A stretch of 64,000 nucleotides of DNA, from the NCBI GenBank assembly GCA_963712855.1, contig CAVQJN010000002.1, positions 1,881,282-1,945,281 on the forward strand. The letters are read 5' to 3'. Numbering within the stretch: position 1 is the first letter of the stretch; every line of letters starts with the position of its first letter. The notes under the pieces were generated by a model. That model was not told the DNA's origin. It saw only the letters and a list, made by a program, of their open reading frames with translations, and did not search any database. The position numbers and the translations under genes are program-made. Positions 10,376 to 20,591 of this stretch are shown here, in pieces. This DNA comes from Thermoanaerobaculia bacterium (GTDB lineage: Bacteria > Acidobacteriota > Thermoanaerobaculia > Multivoradales > JAGPDF01).

Positions 10376-11055
10376 GGGGTCCCCGGAGAGGCCACGAGAC
10401 GACGGAACACCTCACGGAGCTTTGCCCTTTCGACGTACATCGTGAGCGGCTCCCGCAGGGAGGTCAGCTCAACGCCTTTGCCGTCGGCCGTGAACCCCAC
10501 GACCTCGAAGACCACACCGTCGTCACGTTCCAGGCGATCGCCGATCGCCGGTCTATAGGCAGCTGGGATGGCGGCAGAAGGCACCTCCTGGCTCGCTTCC
10601 TCCAGCAGGTCGCCGACGATGCGGCGTATCCGTTGCAGGGCGAGCCCACCCACCGAATAGCGGTCGTAGTCGTAACCCGATCCCGGATGACCGGGCGGGT
10701 TGAGGTCCAGGTGGCAGTGCGACGTCCACTCGCCCTCCGGCGAATCGGGCGGCGACTCGGTTTCGCTCAGATCGATACTGTCGATGCGACCCAGATAGGC
10801 CTTCATCTCGCGTGGACCGAGCTCGTGCAGAACCATCCTCTCTGCGCCGAGCCTCCCCTGACGAAGCCGCACGGTACCGTTCGCGAAGAGGGTCAGGTCT
10901 CGCCGGTCGAGCGAGCTCGTGCAGACTTCCCGCAGGATGACTTGGGATCTCGGATCTGGAGGCCGCGCCGGTGTGGGAGAAGACCCCACCGGCTCCGCGA
11001 GCAGCAGCCAGAGCGATGCCGCCGCGGCGAGCCCGACCATGCCGCCCGCGCTCAT
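10372..11055 (-). CDS. Hypothetical secreted protein (N-terminal signal peptide), translationally coupled between dnaE and rsmD
   Basis: ATG overlaps the dnaE stop (ATGA) and its own stop overlaps the rsmD start. Hydrophobic leader MVGLAAAASLWLLLA. No recognisable family. Confidence 0.55.
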   Translation of the reverse strand: MSAGGMVGLAAAASLWLLLAEPVGSSPTPARPPDPRSQVILREVCTSSLDRRDLTLFANGTVRLRQGRLGAERMVLHELGPREMKAYLGRIDSIDLSETESPPDSPEGEWTSHCHLDLNPPGHPGSGYDYDRYSVGGLALQRIRRIVGDLLEEASQEVPSAAIPAAYRPAIGDRLERDDGVVFEVVGFTADGKGVELTSLREPLTMYVERAKLREVFRRLVASPGTP

Positions 11056-14000
11056 CCTCCGAGCGGAGCGACCGCCCCGGGTCCGACCAGGGCCTCGATC
11101 GCCTCACTCAATTCAGGGGTGTATTCGACCTTGAAGCGGTTCTCCGGCGCAATCGAAACGTCCCGGTCGCCGTCGATTCGAACCGACAGCGTCACGACCG
11201 CGTCCCCCGGATGTTCCGCCAGCAGGTCTCTCAGGTCGAGCAGCTTGCCGCGCGGCAAATCGGACGGCAGGCTCACCCGGAGCTCACTCACCAAGGCCAA
11301 GGCCGCCTGGTTGAGCGGTATCACCTCTTCGAGAGTCAGTTCGACCTCGCCGCCACGCTCCCGCACCGTGCCCTTCGCAACCACCGCTGCGTCTTCCACC
11401 AGGATCGGGTCGAAGCGTCTCAGTGCGTCGACGAAAACGAGCACGTTGATGCCGCCGTACATATCCTCGAGAACGAAGCGCGCCATCACTTTGCCCATGT
11501 TGGGTCCACTCTTGATCTTGATCCTCTTGAGCCGAGATACCAATCCACCCACGGTCGTGGCGCCTTCGTGCCCGTCACGCAACTCGCGAGTCGAGTGGGT
11601 CGTCAAGCGGTCCAGCTGGGACGAGAATTCGGAGAGCGGATTGCCGGTCAAGAAGAAGCCCAGCGCCTCTTTCTCGGCTCGCAGGCGCTCCGCCTCCGGC
11701 CACACTTCGAACGCCTCGTCGACCGCGGGCGCCGTCTCACCCCGCGAGCCGGCGAACAGGCTGCCCTGTCCGGCTTCCTGCTCGCGCCTGCGGCGCTGTG
11801 CCCAGGAGAGGATGCGGTCCAACGACGCCAGTAACGCGGCACGATGAGACCCGAAGCCGTCGCACGATCCCGATTTGACAAGGGTCTCGAATACTTTCTG
11901 GTTCACCGAACGCGAGTCGGCCTCCAGCGCGATCTGGGCGAGACTGTCGAAGCGACCGACCCGCCGCCGAACCGCCAGGATCGCCTCAGCGGCCGTCTCT
12001 CCCAACCCCTTGACGCCACCAAGACCGAAGCGCACGGCGCCCTGCTCCACGGTGAAGGCCCATTCACTCACGTTCACATCCGGTGGGAGCACGGCGATCT
12101 TCATCTCTCGACATTCATTGACGTACTTCACCACGTCGTCCGTCGAAGCAATCTCGGAGGTCAGCATCGCGGCCATGAATGCAACTGGGTGATGCGCCTT
12201 CAGATAGGCGGTCTTGTAGGCGAGCATCGCGTAGGCGACCGAGTGGCTCTTGTTGAACCCATAGCCCGCGAAGGGCTCGATGTAGTACCAGATCTCCTCC
12301 GCCTTGTCCCGCGCGAAGCCCTTGCCGACCGCCCCTTCCAAGAACTTCTCCTTCTGCTTCGCCATCGCCTCCGCGTTCTTCTTGCCCATCGCCTTGCGCA
12401 GAACGTCGGCCTCGGCCATCGAGAATCCGGCGATGTCGACGGCGATCCGCATGACCTGTTCCTGGTAGGCGATCACACCGTAGGTCTCGCGGAGGATGTT
12501 CTCGAGCTCGGGCAGCACGTAGGTCACCCGCTTGCGACCCTGCTTACGCGCGATGTAGTCGTCGACCATGCCCACCGAGAGAGCGCCGGGCCGGTAGAGC
12601 GCATTGAAGGCGGCCAGCTCCTCGAATCGACTCGGCTGGGCTCTGCGCAGCATGCCGCGCATGCCGCTCGATTCGAACTGGAAGATTCCACTCGTCCGGC
12701 CTTCCGCGAAGATCTTGAGGGTCTCCGGGTCGTCGAGAGGCACGGCGTCGAGGTCGAGATCGACCCCGAGATGGGCGAGCGAGCGCAAAGTGTCATCGAC
12801 CACAGTGACGGTTTTGAGGCCGAGGAAGTCCATCTTCAGGAGGCCGAGCCGTTCCACTCCCTTCATGTCCCACTGGGTGACGATCTCGTCCTTGGCCGTC
12901 TTGTAGAGAGGCACGATCTCGTCGATCCGTCCAGGTGTGATCACCACGCCCGCCGCGTGTACCGAGACGTTACGAGTCAGGCCCTCGAGTCGGCTCCCGA
13001 TCTCGACCACCTCGCGAATCTGGGGATCCCGTTCAATCTCGGCCGCCAGGCTGTCGACCGTCTGCGCCGCCTCGGCCAGGGACTTCTCCGTCTCCGGAAG
13101 CATTTTCGCGACCCGGTCCACGGCGGCGTAGGGAAGGCCCAGAACACGGCCGACGTCGCGCAACACTCCCTTCGCCGCCAGCGTGCCGAAGGTGATGATC
13201 TGGGAAACCCGATCCCGCCCGTACTTCTCGCTCACGTACTGCAGGACTTCTCCCCGTCTCCTCTGACAGATGTCGGTGTCGATGTCCGGCATCGAGATCC
13301 GCCCCGGGTTCAAGAAGCGCTCGAACAGCAAGTCGTACTGCAGCGGGTCGATATCCGTGATGCGGAGCGCGAACGAGACGAGCGAGCCCGCCGCCGAGCC
13401 TCGTCCTGGTCCGACTGGAATGCCGTTCTCCCGCGCGTGGCGAATGAAGTCCCACACGATGAGAAAGTAGCCCTCGAAGCCCATGTCGTGGATCACGCCG
13501 AGCTCGTGGCGAAGCCTCTCGCGGTACTCGTCCTCCGAGTTGCGCTCCAAGGCGCCGGGGTTCTGCCGCCGCAGTTGATCAAGCCTTTCGTCGAGGCCGG
13601 ACCAAGCCACCTGCTCGAGGAAGGAGGAGATGGTCTCGCCTGCCGGCACCGGGAATTCGGGAAGATGAAAGGTCCTGTCCTCCAAGGTCACGTCGCAGCG
13701 CTCGGCGATCTCCAGGGTCCGGTCGATCGCGTCACCATCGTCCGGAAAACGCTCGAACATCTCGTCGGCGCTCTTGAGGTAGAACTCCTCGGAGGCATAC
13801 CGCATCCGATTCGGATCCGAGCGCAGACGTTGCGTGCCGATGCAGAGCAAGACGTCGTGCGCAGAGGCGTCATCCCGACGCAGGTAGTGCGTGTCGTTCG
13901 TCACCACCAGGGGAATCTCGAGCCGCTTCGACATCTGGCGAAGTACATCGTTGGCAGCTCGCTGCTCGGCGATGCCGTGGTCCTGCAATTCGAGATAGAA

Positions 14001-14504
14001 GTTGCCGTCGCCCAGGATCTCCCGGTACCGGCGAGCCGTCCGCTCGGCTTCGTCTTGCTCCCGGGAGAGGATCTTCTCGTTGATTTCGCCCTTGAGACAG
14101 GCGGAGAGACCGATCAGGCCCTCGGAATGGCGGCGTAGAAGCTCGTGGTCGATGCGCGGTTTGTAATAGAAGCCGTCGAGGTAGGACCGGGTCGTCAGTT
14201 GAATGAGATTCCGCCAGCCCGTCAGGTTCCGGGCAAGCAAGACGAGATGGTTGCTCGAACCGCGTGCCGGATTGCGCTCGACGTGACTCCCTTGCGCGAC
14301 ATAGGCCTCGATTCCGAGAATCGGCTTGACGCCAGCCTTTCGGGCCCGATCGTGGAACTCCAATGCTCCAAATAAGTTACCGTGGTCCGTGAGAGCCATG
14401 GCCGGCATGCCTTCCGACTTCGCGGCGCCCAGGACGTCGTCCAGCCGGTTGGCTCCGTCGAGGAGGCTGTACTGGCTGTGCAGATGCAGGTGAACGAAAG
14501 ACAC
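11052..14504 (-). CDS. dnaE: DNA polymerase III alpha subunit
   Basis: 1150 aa, beginning with the PHP domain MSFVHLHLHSQYSLLDGA and polymerase core motifs throughout. Confidence 0.95.
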   Translation of the reverse strand: MSFVHLHLHSQYSLLDGANRLDDVLGAAKSEGMPAMALTDHGNLFGALEFHDRARKAGVKPILGIEAYVAQGSHVERNPARGSSNHLVLLARNLTGWRNLIQLTTRSYLDGFYYKPRIDHELLRRHSEGLIGLSACLKGEINEKILSREQDEAERTARRYREILGDGNFYLELQDHGIAEQRAANDVLRQMSKRLEIPLVVTNDTHYLRRDDASAHDVLLCIGTQRLRSDPNRMRYASEEFYLKSADEMFERFPDDGDAIDRTLEIAERCDVTLEDRTFHLPEFPVPAGETISSFLEQVAWSGLDERLDQLRRQNPGALERNSEDEYRERLRHELGVIHDMGFEGYFLIVWDFIRHARENGIPVGPGRGSAAGSLVSFALRITDIDPLQYDLLFERFLNPGRISMPDIDTDICQRRRGEVLQYVSEKYGRDRVSQIITFGTLAAKGVLRDVGRVLGLPYAAVDRVAKMLPETEKSLAEAAQTVDSLAAEIERDPQIREVVEIGSRLEGLTRNVSVHAAGVVITPGRIDEIVPLYKTAKDEIVTQWDMKGVERLGLLKMDFLGLKTVTVVDDTLRSLAHLGVDLDLDAVPLDDPETLKIFAEGRTSGIFQFESSGMRGMLRRAQPSRFEELAAFNALYRPGALSVGMVDDYIARKQGRKRVTYVLPELENILRETYGVIAYQEQVMRIAVDIAGFSMAEADVLRKAMGKKNAEAMAKQKEKFLEGAVGKGFARDKAEEIWYYIEPFAGYGFNKSHSVAYAMLAYKTAYLKAHHPVAFMAAMLTSEIASTDDVVKYVNECREMKIAVLPPDVNVSEWAFTVEQGAVRFGLGGVKGLGETAAEAILAVRRRVGRFDSLAQIALEADSRSVNQKVFETLVKSGSCDGFGSHRAALLASLDRILSWAQRRRREQEAGQGSLFAGSRGETAPAVDEAFEVWPEAERLRAEKEALGFFLTGNPLSEFSSQLDRLTTHSTRELRDGHEGATTVGGLVSRLKRIKIKSGPNMGKVMARFVLEDMYGGINVLVFVDALRRFDPILVEDAAVVAKGTVRERGGEVELTLEEVIPLNQAALALVSELRVSLPSDLPRGKLLDLRDLLAEHPGDAVVTLSVRIDGDRDVSIAPENRFKVEYTPELSEAIEALVGPGAVAPLGG

Positions 14505-14587
14505 GCCCTATCCTAGCCGGGTCCGGGGCGTCGTCGACCTCCCCCGTCGCTCGAACCAGGTGACCGCGGGATCGAGCTTCGTCTTCT

Positions 14588-15142
14588 TCACCGCGGCCGG
14601 GGCTCCATCTGGTTGGCGCGATGAATGTAGTCGATGCCCGACGCCAGAGTCAGAGCCGCCACCAGATAGACCGCGATGGTGGCTGCGGTCAGCAGGCGGC
14701 TCGTCACTCCCGAGAGCAGAACCACGATGACGGCACCCACCTGCGTCGCCGTATTGACCTTGCTGATCGGGCTCGGAGGAAAGCGATCGATACCGGCCGC
14801 CAGGTGGAGAATGAGCGCCATGACCACGATGACGATGTCCCGCGTGATCACCAGTGCGCTGATCCAGGCCGGAATCGTGAGGCCGTCGTGCAGGTGTGGA
14901 ATCGCCAGCACCACGTACGCGCTGACCAGCAAGAGCTTGTCGGCGGCGGGATCGAGATAAGCGCCCAGGGTCGACTGCTGCTTCCAGAAACGGGCAATGA
15001 AGCCGTCCAGCCCATCGGTGATTCCCGCCAGGACGAAAACTCCCAGGGCACGCCCCGGATGGCCATCCAGAACCGTCACCACGAACAGAGGAACGAGCGC
15101 CATACGCAGAAGAGAAAGCAGGTTGGGCAGAGTCAGCCTCAT
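14588..15142 (-). CDS. pgsA: CDP-diacylglycerol--glycerol-3-phosphate 3-phosphatidyltransferase
   Basis: CDP-alcohol phosphatidyltransferase motif DGLDGFIARFWKQQSTLGAYLDPAADK. The start is taken at the internal MRLTLPNLLSLLR. The track ORF extends further upstream through GTG-start reading. Confidence 0.8.
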   Translation of the reverse strand: MRLTLPNLLSLLRMALVPLFVVTVLDGHPGRALGVFVLAGITDGLDGFIARFWKQQSTLGAYLDPAADKLLLVSAYVVLAIPHLHDGLTIPAWISALVITRDIVIVVMALILHLAAGIDRFPPSPISKVNTATQVGAVIVVLLSGVTSRLLTAATIAVYLVAALTLASGIDYIHRANQMEPRPR

Positions 15143-16443
15143 GGACCACCCATCCGCGACGACGCGAGCCGGATCCAATGCACTGCGTCCGCTCCCGACA
15201 CGGGAGCCGAGGCCAGGCACTCGGCCGCCTCCGGTATCAACCCGCAGGCCGCGGCCGCACCACAATAGTCGTGGTTCGCCATATCCGGCGACGCACAGGC
15301 AGCCGAGCGGCCGGCGACCGGCGAGAATACCGCGCGAAAAGCCTCTGAACGGCGGAGCGGCCGTCGAGGCTCGAACAGGTGGAGCGTCTCGTCCACCTTC
15401 ATCAGGCCGAGGCTCGAGACCCGCAGAATCTCGTCGCGTGCCGGGTCATCGAGGATGTCCGTCGCGATCGCCGAAGCGGCCGCGGGGGCACTCCGGACTC
15501 CAGGCTCCAACCAGTACAGCAGACGCGCGAACCCCGCCCGATCGATCTGTCCGGAACGGGCGAGAGCCCGGACCTCGTCGGGCGCGTTCGAGAGCCGGAA
15601 CGCGAACTTGGCGCGCGCGATTTCGGCCTCGAGCTCCACCATCTCCGGATGAGCGTGCCGTAACCTCTCGAGCTGCTCCAACGCCTCGGCGGCGTCTCCC
15701 GTGTCCTCCTCGAGCCGCGCCTGCTGAAGCAGAAGCGTTGCGCGGTCCGGGTGCCGGGCGGTGAGCTTCCGGAGGGCCGCGAGCGCGCCCGCGCTGTCAC
15801 CTTGCGCCGTCGCGAGCCGGACCTGAAGCTCCAGGGTCTCGTCGCGATCCGGTCGCAGGCTCGTCAGGTCCCCGACCGCTCGCGCCGCGTCGTCGAACCG
15901 TCCGCCGGCGAGGGCTTCGTCGGCGCGCGCCGTCAACCTCTCGATCGCCCGCGGTTCGAGCGTCGAACGCCGCGTCTCTGCAACCTCCGAGCTCGACGCC
16001 GCGACTTCATAGGCGCGCAGAGCCGCGACCAGATGCCCCGCGCCTTCGGCCGCCCGGCCAGCTACCAGCTGGGCTGCCACTTCCGAGCGGTCAGTGGGAG
16101 GGAGCAGATTCACGACGGCTTCGGCGGCGACGAAATCCGATCGAACGAGATCGATCTCGGCGCGCAGCAGGCGCGCCGCCGCGCTCGCCTCGCCTCGCCC
16201 CGTCGTCGACGAGTCCAAGTCGCGCTCGACCTGATCCGGCTCCTCTCCTGCGAGCAAGCGCCGATGAAGCTCGATCAGGCCGGGTGTCGAACCCCCAAGC
16301 GCGGTGGGCGACGGCAGGAAGGGCCGCAGGTCGGCTGGCACCGCGCGTGGTCCGCCGCCGGTCGGGCCACTCGCGCAAGCGCTCAGCAAAACCAAGAGCA
16401 CGAGGCCCGCCAGCCGCTCGTAGAACCGCGCCGCGCTGGCCAT
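15139..16443 (-). CDS. TPR-like repeat lipoprotein
   Basis: Start chosen at MASAARFYERLAGLVLLVLLSAC, which has an LSAC lipobox. The rest is Ala/Leu/Arg-rich helical repeats. Confidence 0.55.
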   Translation of the reverse strand: MASAARFYERLAGLVLLVLLSACASGPTGGGPRAVPADLRPFLPSPTALGGSTPGLIELHRRLLAGEEPDQVERDLDSSTTGRGEASAAARLLRAEIDLVRSDFVAAEAVVNLLPPTDRSEVAAQLVAGRAAEGAGHLVAALRAYEVAASSSEVAETRRSTLEPRAIERLTARADEALAGGRFDDAARAVGDLTSLRPDRDETLELQVRLATAQGDSAGALAALRKLTARHPDRATLLLQQARLEEDTGDAAEALEQLERLRHAHPEMVELEAEIARAKFAFRLSNAPDEVRALARSGQIDRAGFARLLYWLEPGVRSAPAAASAIATDILDDPARDEILRVSSLGLMKVDETLHLFEPRRPLRRSEAFRAVFSPVAGRSAACASPDMANHDYCGAAAACGLIPEAAECLASAPVSGADAVHWIRLASSRMGGP

Positions 16444-16454
16444 CTCGTGAAGCG

Positions 16455-16667
16455 TCAGCTCCCGCCCGCCGGTGCGATCGTCGCGATCGCGTGTTTGTAA
16501 ACCAGGATCTCCTGGCCCTCGGTCTCGACCACCACGGCAAACCGGTCGAAACGCCGAATCGGCCCCTCGATTCGACGGCCGGTAATAAGTTCCAGCCCGA
16601 CCGGCCGGCCGTCCTTGAGGCTCTGAAAAAGGAACCCGTCTTGGATATTGATCGTCGGCTTGTTCAT
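16455..16667 (-). CDS. hfq: RNA chaperone Hfq (70 aa, no C-terminal tail)
   Basis: Sm1/Sm2 motifs: FLFQSLKDGRPVGLELITGRRIEGPIRRFDRFAVVVE...VYKHAIATIAP. It lies immediately downstream of miaA, as in many bacteria. Confidence 0.85.
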   Translation of the reverse strand: MNKPTINIQDGFLFQSLKDGRPVGLELITGRRIEGPIRRFDRFAVVVETEGQEILVYKHAIATIAPAGGS

Positions 16668-16679
16668 CCCGTCCTCGGC

Positions 16680-17591
16680 TCAATCCGAAAGCTTCGCGCA
16701 AATCGCCTCGACCAACTTCCGCGGCTCTCGGGCATCCAACCAAATCACGCCATTCTCTCTACGAAACCAGGTTTCCTGACGTTTCGCATATCGCCGGGTG
16801 GCGACCACGATGCTCTCCACGGTTGCTTCCAGTCCGAGTTCGCCGTCAAGGTGGCGGATCCAGTCGGAATAGCCGATGGCCTGTAGCGCGGGTGCCCGAC
16901 GAGAGACTCCGGAGTCCAGCAGCCGTCGAACCTCTTCCGGCCACCCCTGAGCGACCATCCGACGCACGCGCTCGGCGATGCGATCGTACAGAAGCGTTCG
17001 CGGGAGCGTCAATCCGATCCACTCCGCTCGAGGTGGCCTCCTGGGAGCCGACTTGGCGATCCAATCGGTCAGCGAACGGCCTGTCGAGAGAGCGACTTCG
17101 AGAGCGCGTAAGACGCGCTGCGAGTCGCCCGGTCCGATCCGCGCGAGGGTCGTCGGATCGAGCCGCGCGAGCTCCTCTCGGAGACCCTCCAGGCCCTCGG
17201 TCTCGTAGCGCGTGCGCAGTGACTCGCGGATCGAGAGATCGGTCGGAGGGATCTCCGCGAGGCCTCGGAAGAGCGCCCGCAGATAGAGCCCGCTCCCGCC
17301 GACCACGAGCGCGCCACGACCGCGGCCCGCGATCTCGGCCAAAGCTCCCCGGGCTCGCCGGGCGAACTCCCCGGCCGAGAATCGCTCCGTCGGTCCCAGC
17401 ACGTCCACCAGGTGGTGAGGCACCTGACGCCGGGCCTCCGCGTCCGGCTTTCCGGTTCCGATCTCGAGGTCCCGATAGGCCTGAAGCGCGTCCGCATTGA
17501 CGATCTCGGCGCCCATGATCGAAGCCGCCTCGAGAGCCACCGCACTCTTCCCGGTCGCAGTCGCCCCTACGATCGCGACGATCTTCGGCAC
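16680..17591 (-). CDS. miaA: tRNA dimethylallyltransferase
   Basis: P-loop IVAIVGATATGKSAVALE and MiaA-typical length. Confidence 0.85.
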   Translation of the reverse strand: MPKIVAIVGATATGKSAVALEAASIMGAEIVNADALQAYRDLEIGTGKPDAEARRQVPHHLVDVLGPTERFSAGEFARRARGALAEIAGRGRGALVVGGSGLYLRALFRGLAEIPPTDLSIRESLRTRYETEGLEGLREELARLDPTTLARIGPGDSQRVLRALEVALSTGRSLTDWIAKSAPRRPPRAEWIGLTLPRTLLYDRIAERVRRMVAQGWPEEVRRLLDSGVSRRAPALQAIGYSDWIRHLDGELGLEATVESIVVATRRYAKRQETWFRRENGVIWLDAREPRKLVEAICAKLSD

Positions 17592-17600
17592 GAGCCCAGT

Positions 17601-19865
17601 CTATGGGTTGAGAGGGGTTCGACGCGGTGAAGCCGGAAGGTCGAGCGTCCAAGGTGCTCCTTCTCCCCATTTCAGCTCGATCTCCCCATCCCGATCCGTG
17701 CGCAGTACTCGCATCCGGACGTCCGAAAGGTGATCGAGCGTCGAACGCGCAGGGTGTCCGAAGGCGTTGCCCAGGCCCACCGAGACGATCGCCAGGCGGG
17801 CCCGGGCCGCGGCCAGGAACGGAGGTACGGACGAGGTCTTGGATCCATGGTGAGCGACCTTGATCAGGTCGCACCTCAATCGGAGGGGCCTCACGCTCCC
17901 GAGCAGCCGCAACTCGCCACGCCGCTCCAGATCGCCCATGAAGAGCAAGCGCTTGCCGCCCAGGGTCAGTCGAACGACCACTGAGTCCGCGTTGTCGCTC
18001 GCCCCTGGATCCGGCGAATCGGCATGAAGGACGTCCAGGTCGACACCCGACCGCTCCAAACGATCTCCGCCGCGCAGCAAGCGGACCCGACCGACCCGGG
18101 CGGCGAGGCGTCGAGGACAGGGTGACTTCAACGCGCTGGGGGCGATCCAGAGCTCGCGAATCGGCACGAAGTCAGTGAGATCGGCCAGTCCTCCGCAGTG
18201 GTCGAGATCTGGATGACTGAGCAACGCGACGTCCACCCGACCGACTCGATGCCTCGACAGGAAGGGCCAGAGCGCCCTGCGACCCACGTTTCGTGACCGT
18301 CCTCCGCCTCCGTCGATCAGGAGCGTGAATCCACCGTGTCGCACGACGGCGGCGTCACCTTGGCCAACGTCGAGGAAAACGACCTCGAACGGCGATGACC
18401 GCCTGGCCGCGACCGGGTATTGAGCGAGCGCGACCACGGCGAGAAGCAGCAGCCTAGGTCGCCAACGCACATCGATCAGCAGGCCGATGGCCAACCCGGC
18501 CAACAGACCCCCTCCCACTCCCCCGGGAATCCAGAGCGCGGCCCACGGGCTGGCCGGCAGGTGTTCGATCCAACGCATCGGACGTGCGGCCAGATCCAGG
18601 AACGGCAAGACCCAAGTGGCGGCTGCCGGCACGATCGCCGCGGTCACGGTCCATGCCATGGCACCCAACATCCAGAGGGTCGCCCAGGGCGCTGCCAAAA
18701 GATTCAACAGCGGAGAGACGGGCGAAAACTGCGCGAACGAGGCGACGCTCCACGGCAGCGCGCCGACCTGAGCCGCAAGCGTGGCCGCGATTCCCGTGCC
18801 GACGGCCGTCGGCAGGCGAGCAAACCTCTTCTGCCACCGCGAGGTCAGGACGATCAAGCCGGCCGTGGCTCCGAACGAGAGGCGGAATCCAGGGTCCGCG
18901 AGGACTTCCGGTGAGTACGCGACCAGAGCGGCTGCGGCGAGCGCCAGCGCCTGCAGGGCGGATCCGGCGCGCCGCAAGGCGAGTACCGCCACGCCCGCCG
19001 TCGCCATCACTGCGGCCCGCAAGAGCGAGGGCTCCGGGCCGACTGCCGCCAGATAGGCGAGGACGGCGAGCAGCGGCGCAGCGAGGCGTCCGACTCGCCC
19101 ACCGAACCCGAAGAGAGCACCGGCCAATGCCGCCACAACCGTCACGTTGAAACCGGAGACCGCCAACAGGTGAGCCAAACCCGCCCGCCTCATGGCCCTC
19201 CTCTGAGATTCGGTCAGTCCCCCTTCGTCGCCGAGCACGAAGCCCCGCGCGAGCGCGAGCCCCGGCCGGGTGGGCGGACCCGCCTCCATAAAGGCCCGCT
19301 CGACTCGGGCGCGCAGCGCGGCGCTCCAACGGGCCGGAGGACTCGGATCGAACACCGGCAGGAGGTGGAGTCGCGACTTGACCCGCAGACGCCAAGGGCC
19401 CGGCGCGGCAGGATCCTCGTTCGCGAAACCGGGGAAGCGACTCAAGACGCCTCGCCCCCGGACGACGGCGCCCGGCGGTGGAGCCGGGAAGTCCGTCGGC
19501 AGGTCCAGCCAGATGGGTGGAGGACGAAGGAGCAACCTCCGTCCCTGTCGCATGCGGAGGGGGCAGAAACGTGCCGAGCGAGTGGCGAATCCTCGCCTTT
19601 CTCGCCAGTAACCGCACACCGTTCCCGTCACATCGGTCACCAGATCGCGGTCGAAGGTCGGCTTCTCCCGCCGATCGAGCCCCCCGACCACGAGACCGAT
19701 TCCCGTCGCCACGAGAATCGCACCGCCTGGACCACCCAGCGCCGTTGAGCAGCCAACCAGCATCGCGGGCAGCGCGATGGAGCATGGAAGCAGCGAGCCG
19801 GAAAGACCGACGCCGAGGACGAACCCCACGATTGGAAGGGCCGCGGGGGACGTGCGAAGGCTCAT
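17601..19865 (-). CDS. comEC: DNA internalisation competence protein ComEC/Rec2 (membrane channel plus metallo-beta-lactamase domain)
   Basis: Polytopic N-terminal half and a C-terminal HPDLDHCGG metallo-hydrolase motif. Confidence 0.8.
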   Translation of the reverse strand: MSLRTSPAALPIVGFVLGVGLSGSLLPCSIALPAMLVGCSTALGGPGGAILVATGIGLVVGGLDRREKPTFDRDLVTDVTGTVCGYWRERRGFATRSARFCPLRMRQGRRLLLRPPPIWLDLPTDFPAPPPGAVVRGRGVLSRFPGFANEDPAAPGPWRLRVKSRLHLLPVFDPSPPARWSAALRARVERAFMEAGPPTRPGLALARGFVLGDEGGLTESQRRAMRRAGLAHLLAVSGFNVTVVAALAGALFGFGGRVGRLAAPLLAVLAYLAAVGPEPSLLRAAVMATAGVAVLALRRAGSALQALALAAAALVAYSPEVLADPGFRLSFGATAGLIVLTSRWQKRFARLPTAVGTGIAATLAAQVGALPWSVASFAQFSPVSPLLNLLAAPWATLWMLGAMAWTVTAAIVPAAATWVLPFLDLAARPMRWIEHLPASPWAALWIPGGVGGGLLAGLAIGLLIDVRWRPRLLLLAVVALAQYPVAARRSSPFEVVFLDVGQGDAAVVRHGGFTLLIDGGGGRSRNVGRRALWPFLSRHRVGRVDVALLSHPDLDHCGGLADLTDFVPIRELWIAPSALKSPCPRRLAARVGRVRLLRGGDRLERSGVDLDVLHADSPDPGASDNADSVVVRLTLGGKRLLFMGDLERRGELRLLGSVRPLRLRCDLIKVAHHGSKTSSVPPFLAAARARLAIVSVGLGNAFGHPARSTLDHLSDVRMRVLRTDRDGEIELKWGEGAPWTLDLPASPRRTPLNP

Positions 19866-19892
19866 GCCTCCAGAAGACGTATTCCCGGTAGC

Positions 19893-20591
19893 TCAGCTCT
19901 CGTCGGGGTCTTTCGATTCCGTCATGACCTCGGGTGCGAACAGCGAGAAGACCGGCAGTTCGAGCTGTGAGCGAAGGGCTTGCCGAATGAGGCGGTGTCG
20001 GGTCTCCTCGAGTTCCTCGGTGCTACCGAGAGCCGCCAACCGACCCATCGCGCGCTCCACGCGGTCGAGGATCTCGCGCCGAACCGAATCCTCGAGGTTC
20101 TCCTCAGCCCGATCGAGAACCTCGCCCTCGAGCACCATGAGATCCCGCTCCACGGAGTCGAAGTCGCCCCTCAAACGAGCCAACCGCCCCCGGAGCGACG
20201 CGACCGCCGGAAGATCGCCCGGCAAACTTCGGGCGAGTCGATCGAGGCGCGTCGCGATGGGAGGGCCGGGATCCGACGGCCGGGGCATCGCTCCGCCCGC
20301 GGCATGCTCGAGGCTCTCTCGCCAGGCCACCTCTACAGCGGCTGCGAAGTAGCGCAGACTCGAGATGCCTCGTCGTGACTTGCGCTGCTGCTGGCGCACG
20401 AAGAGATCTTCCATGACTCGTCGCACCAGCTCGACCGGAATGCCCGCATGGCGCCACCCGCGAGCGACCATCCAGTCTTCCGGACCCAGCAGCGTCGTCT
20501 TCCCGCGCAGCTGCAGAAAATGGTCCTCGAGCGCTCGAAAGTAGGCGCGATCTTCCGCCGAAACCTGCTCAGGTTCCTCGGTTGAGCTCAT
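19893..20591 (-). CDS. Hypothetical protein with a possible DnaD-like (replisome organiser) domain
   Basis: The segment RALEDHFLQLRGKTTLLGPEDWMVARGW..GIPVELVRRVMEDLFVRQQ..SLRYFAAAVEVAW resembles DnaD-domain spacing. This is a weak assignment. Confidence 0.35.
   Translation of the reverse strand: MSSTEEPEQVSAEDRAYFRALEDHFLQLRGKTTLLGPEDWMVARGWRHAGIPVELVRRVMEDLFVRQQQRKSRRGISSLRYFAAAVEVAWRESLEHAAGGAMPRPSDPGPPIATRLDRLARSLPGDLPAVASLRGRLARLRGDFDSVERDLMVLEGEVLDRAEENLEDSVRREILDRVERAMGRLAALGSTEELEETRHRLIRQALRSQLELPVFSLFAPEVMTESKDPDES

Noticed and set aside
11844-14138. 764-aa plus-strand ORF antisense to dnaE
   Set aside because: Arg/Gly/Asp-rich translation with no motifs. It is a GC-rich shadow ORF opposite a strongly supported minus-strand dnaE.
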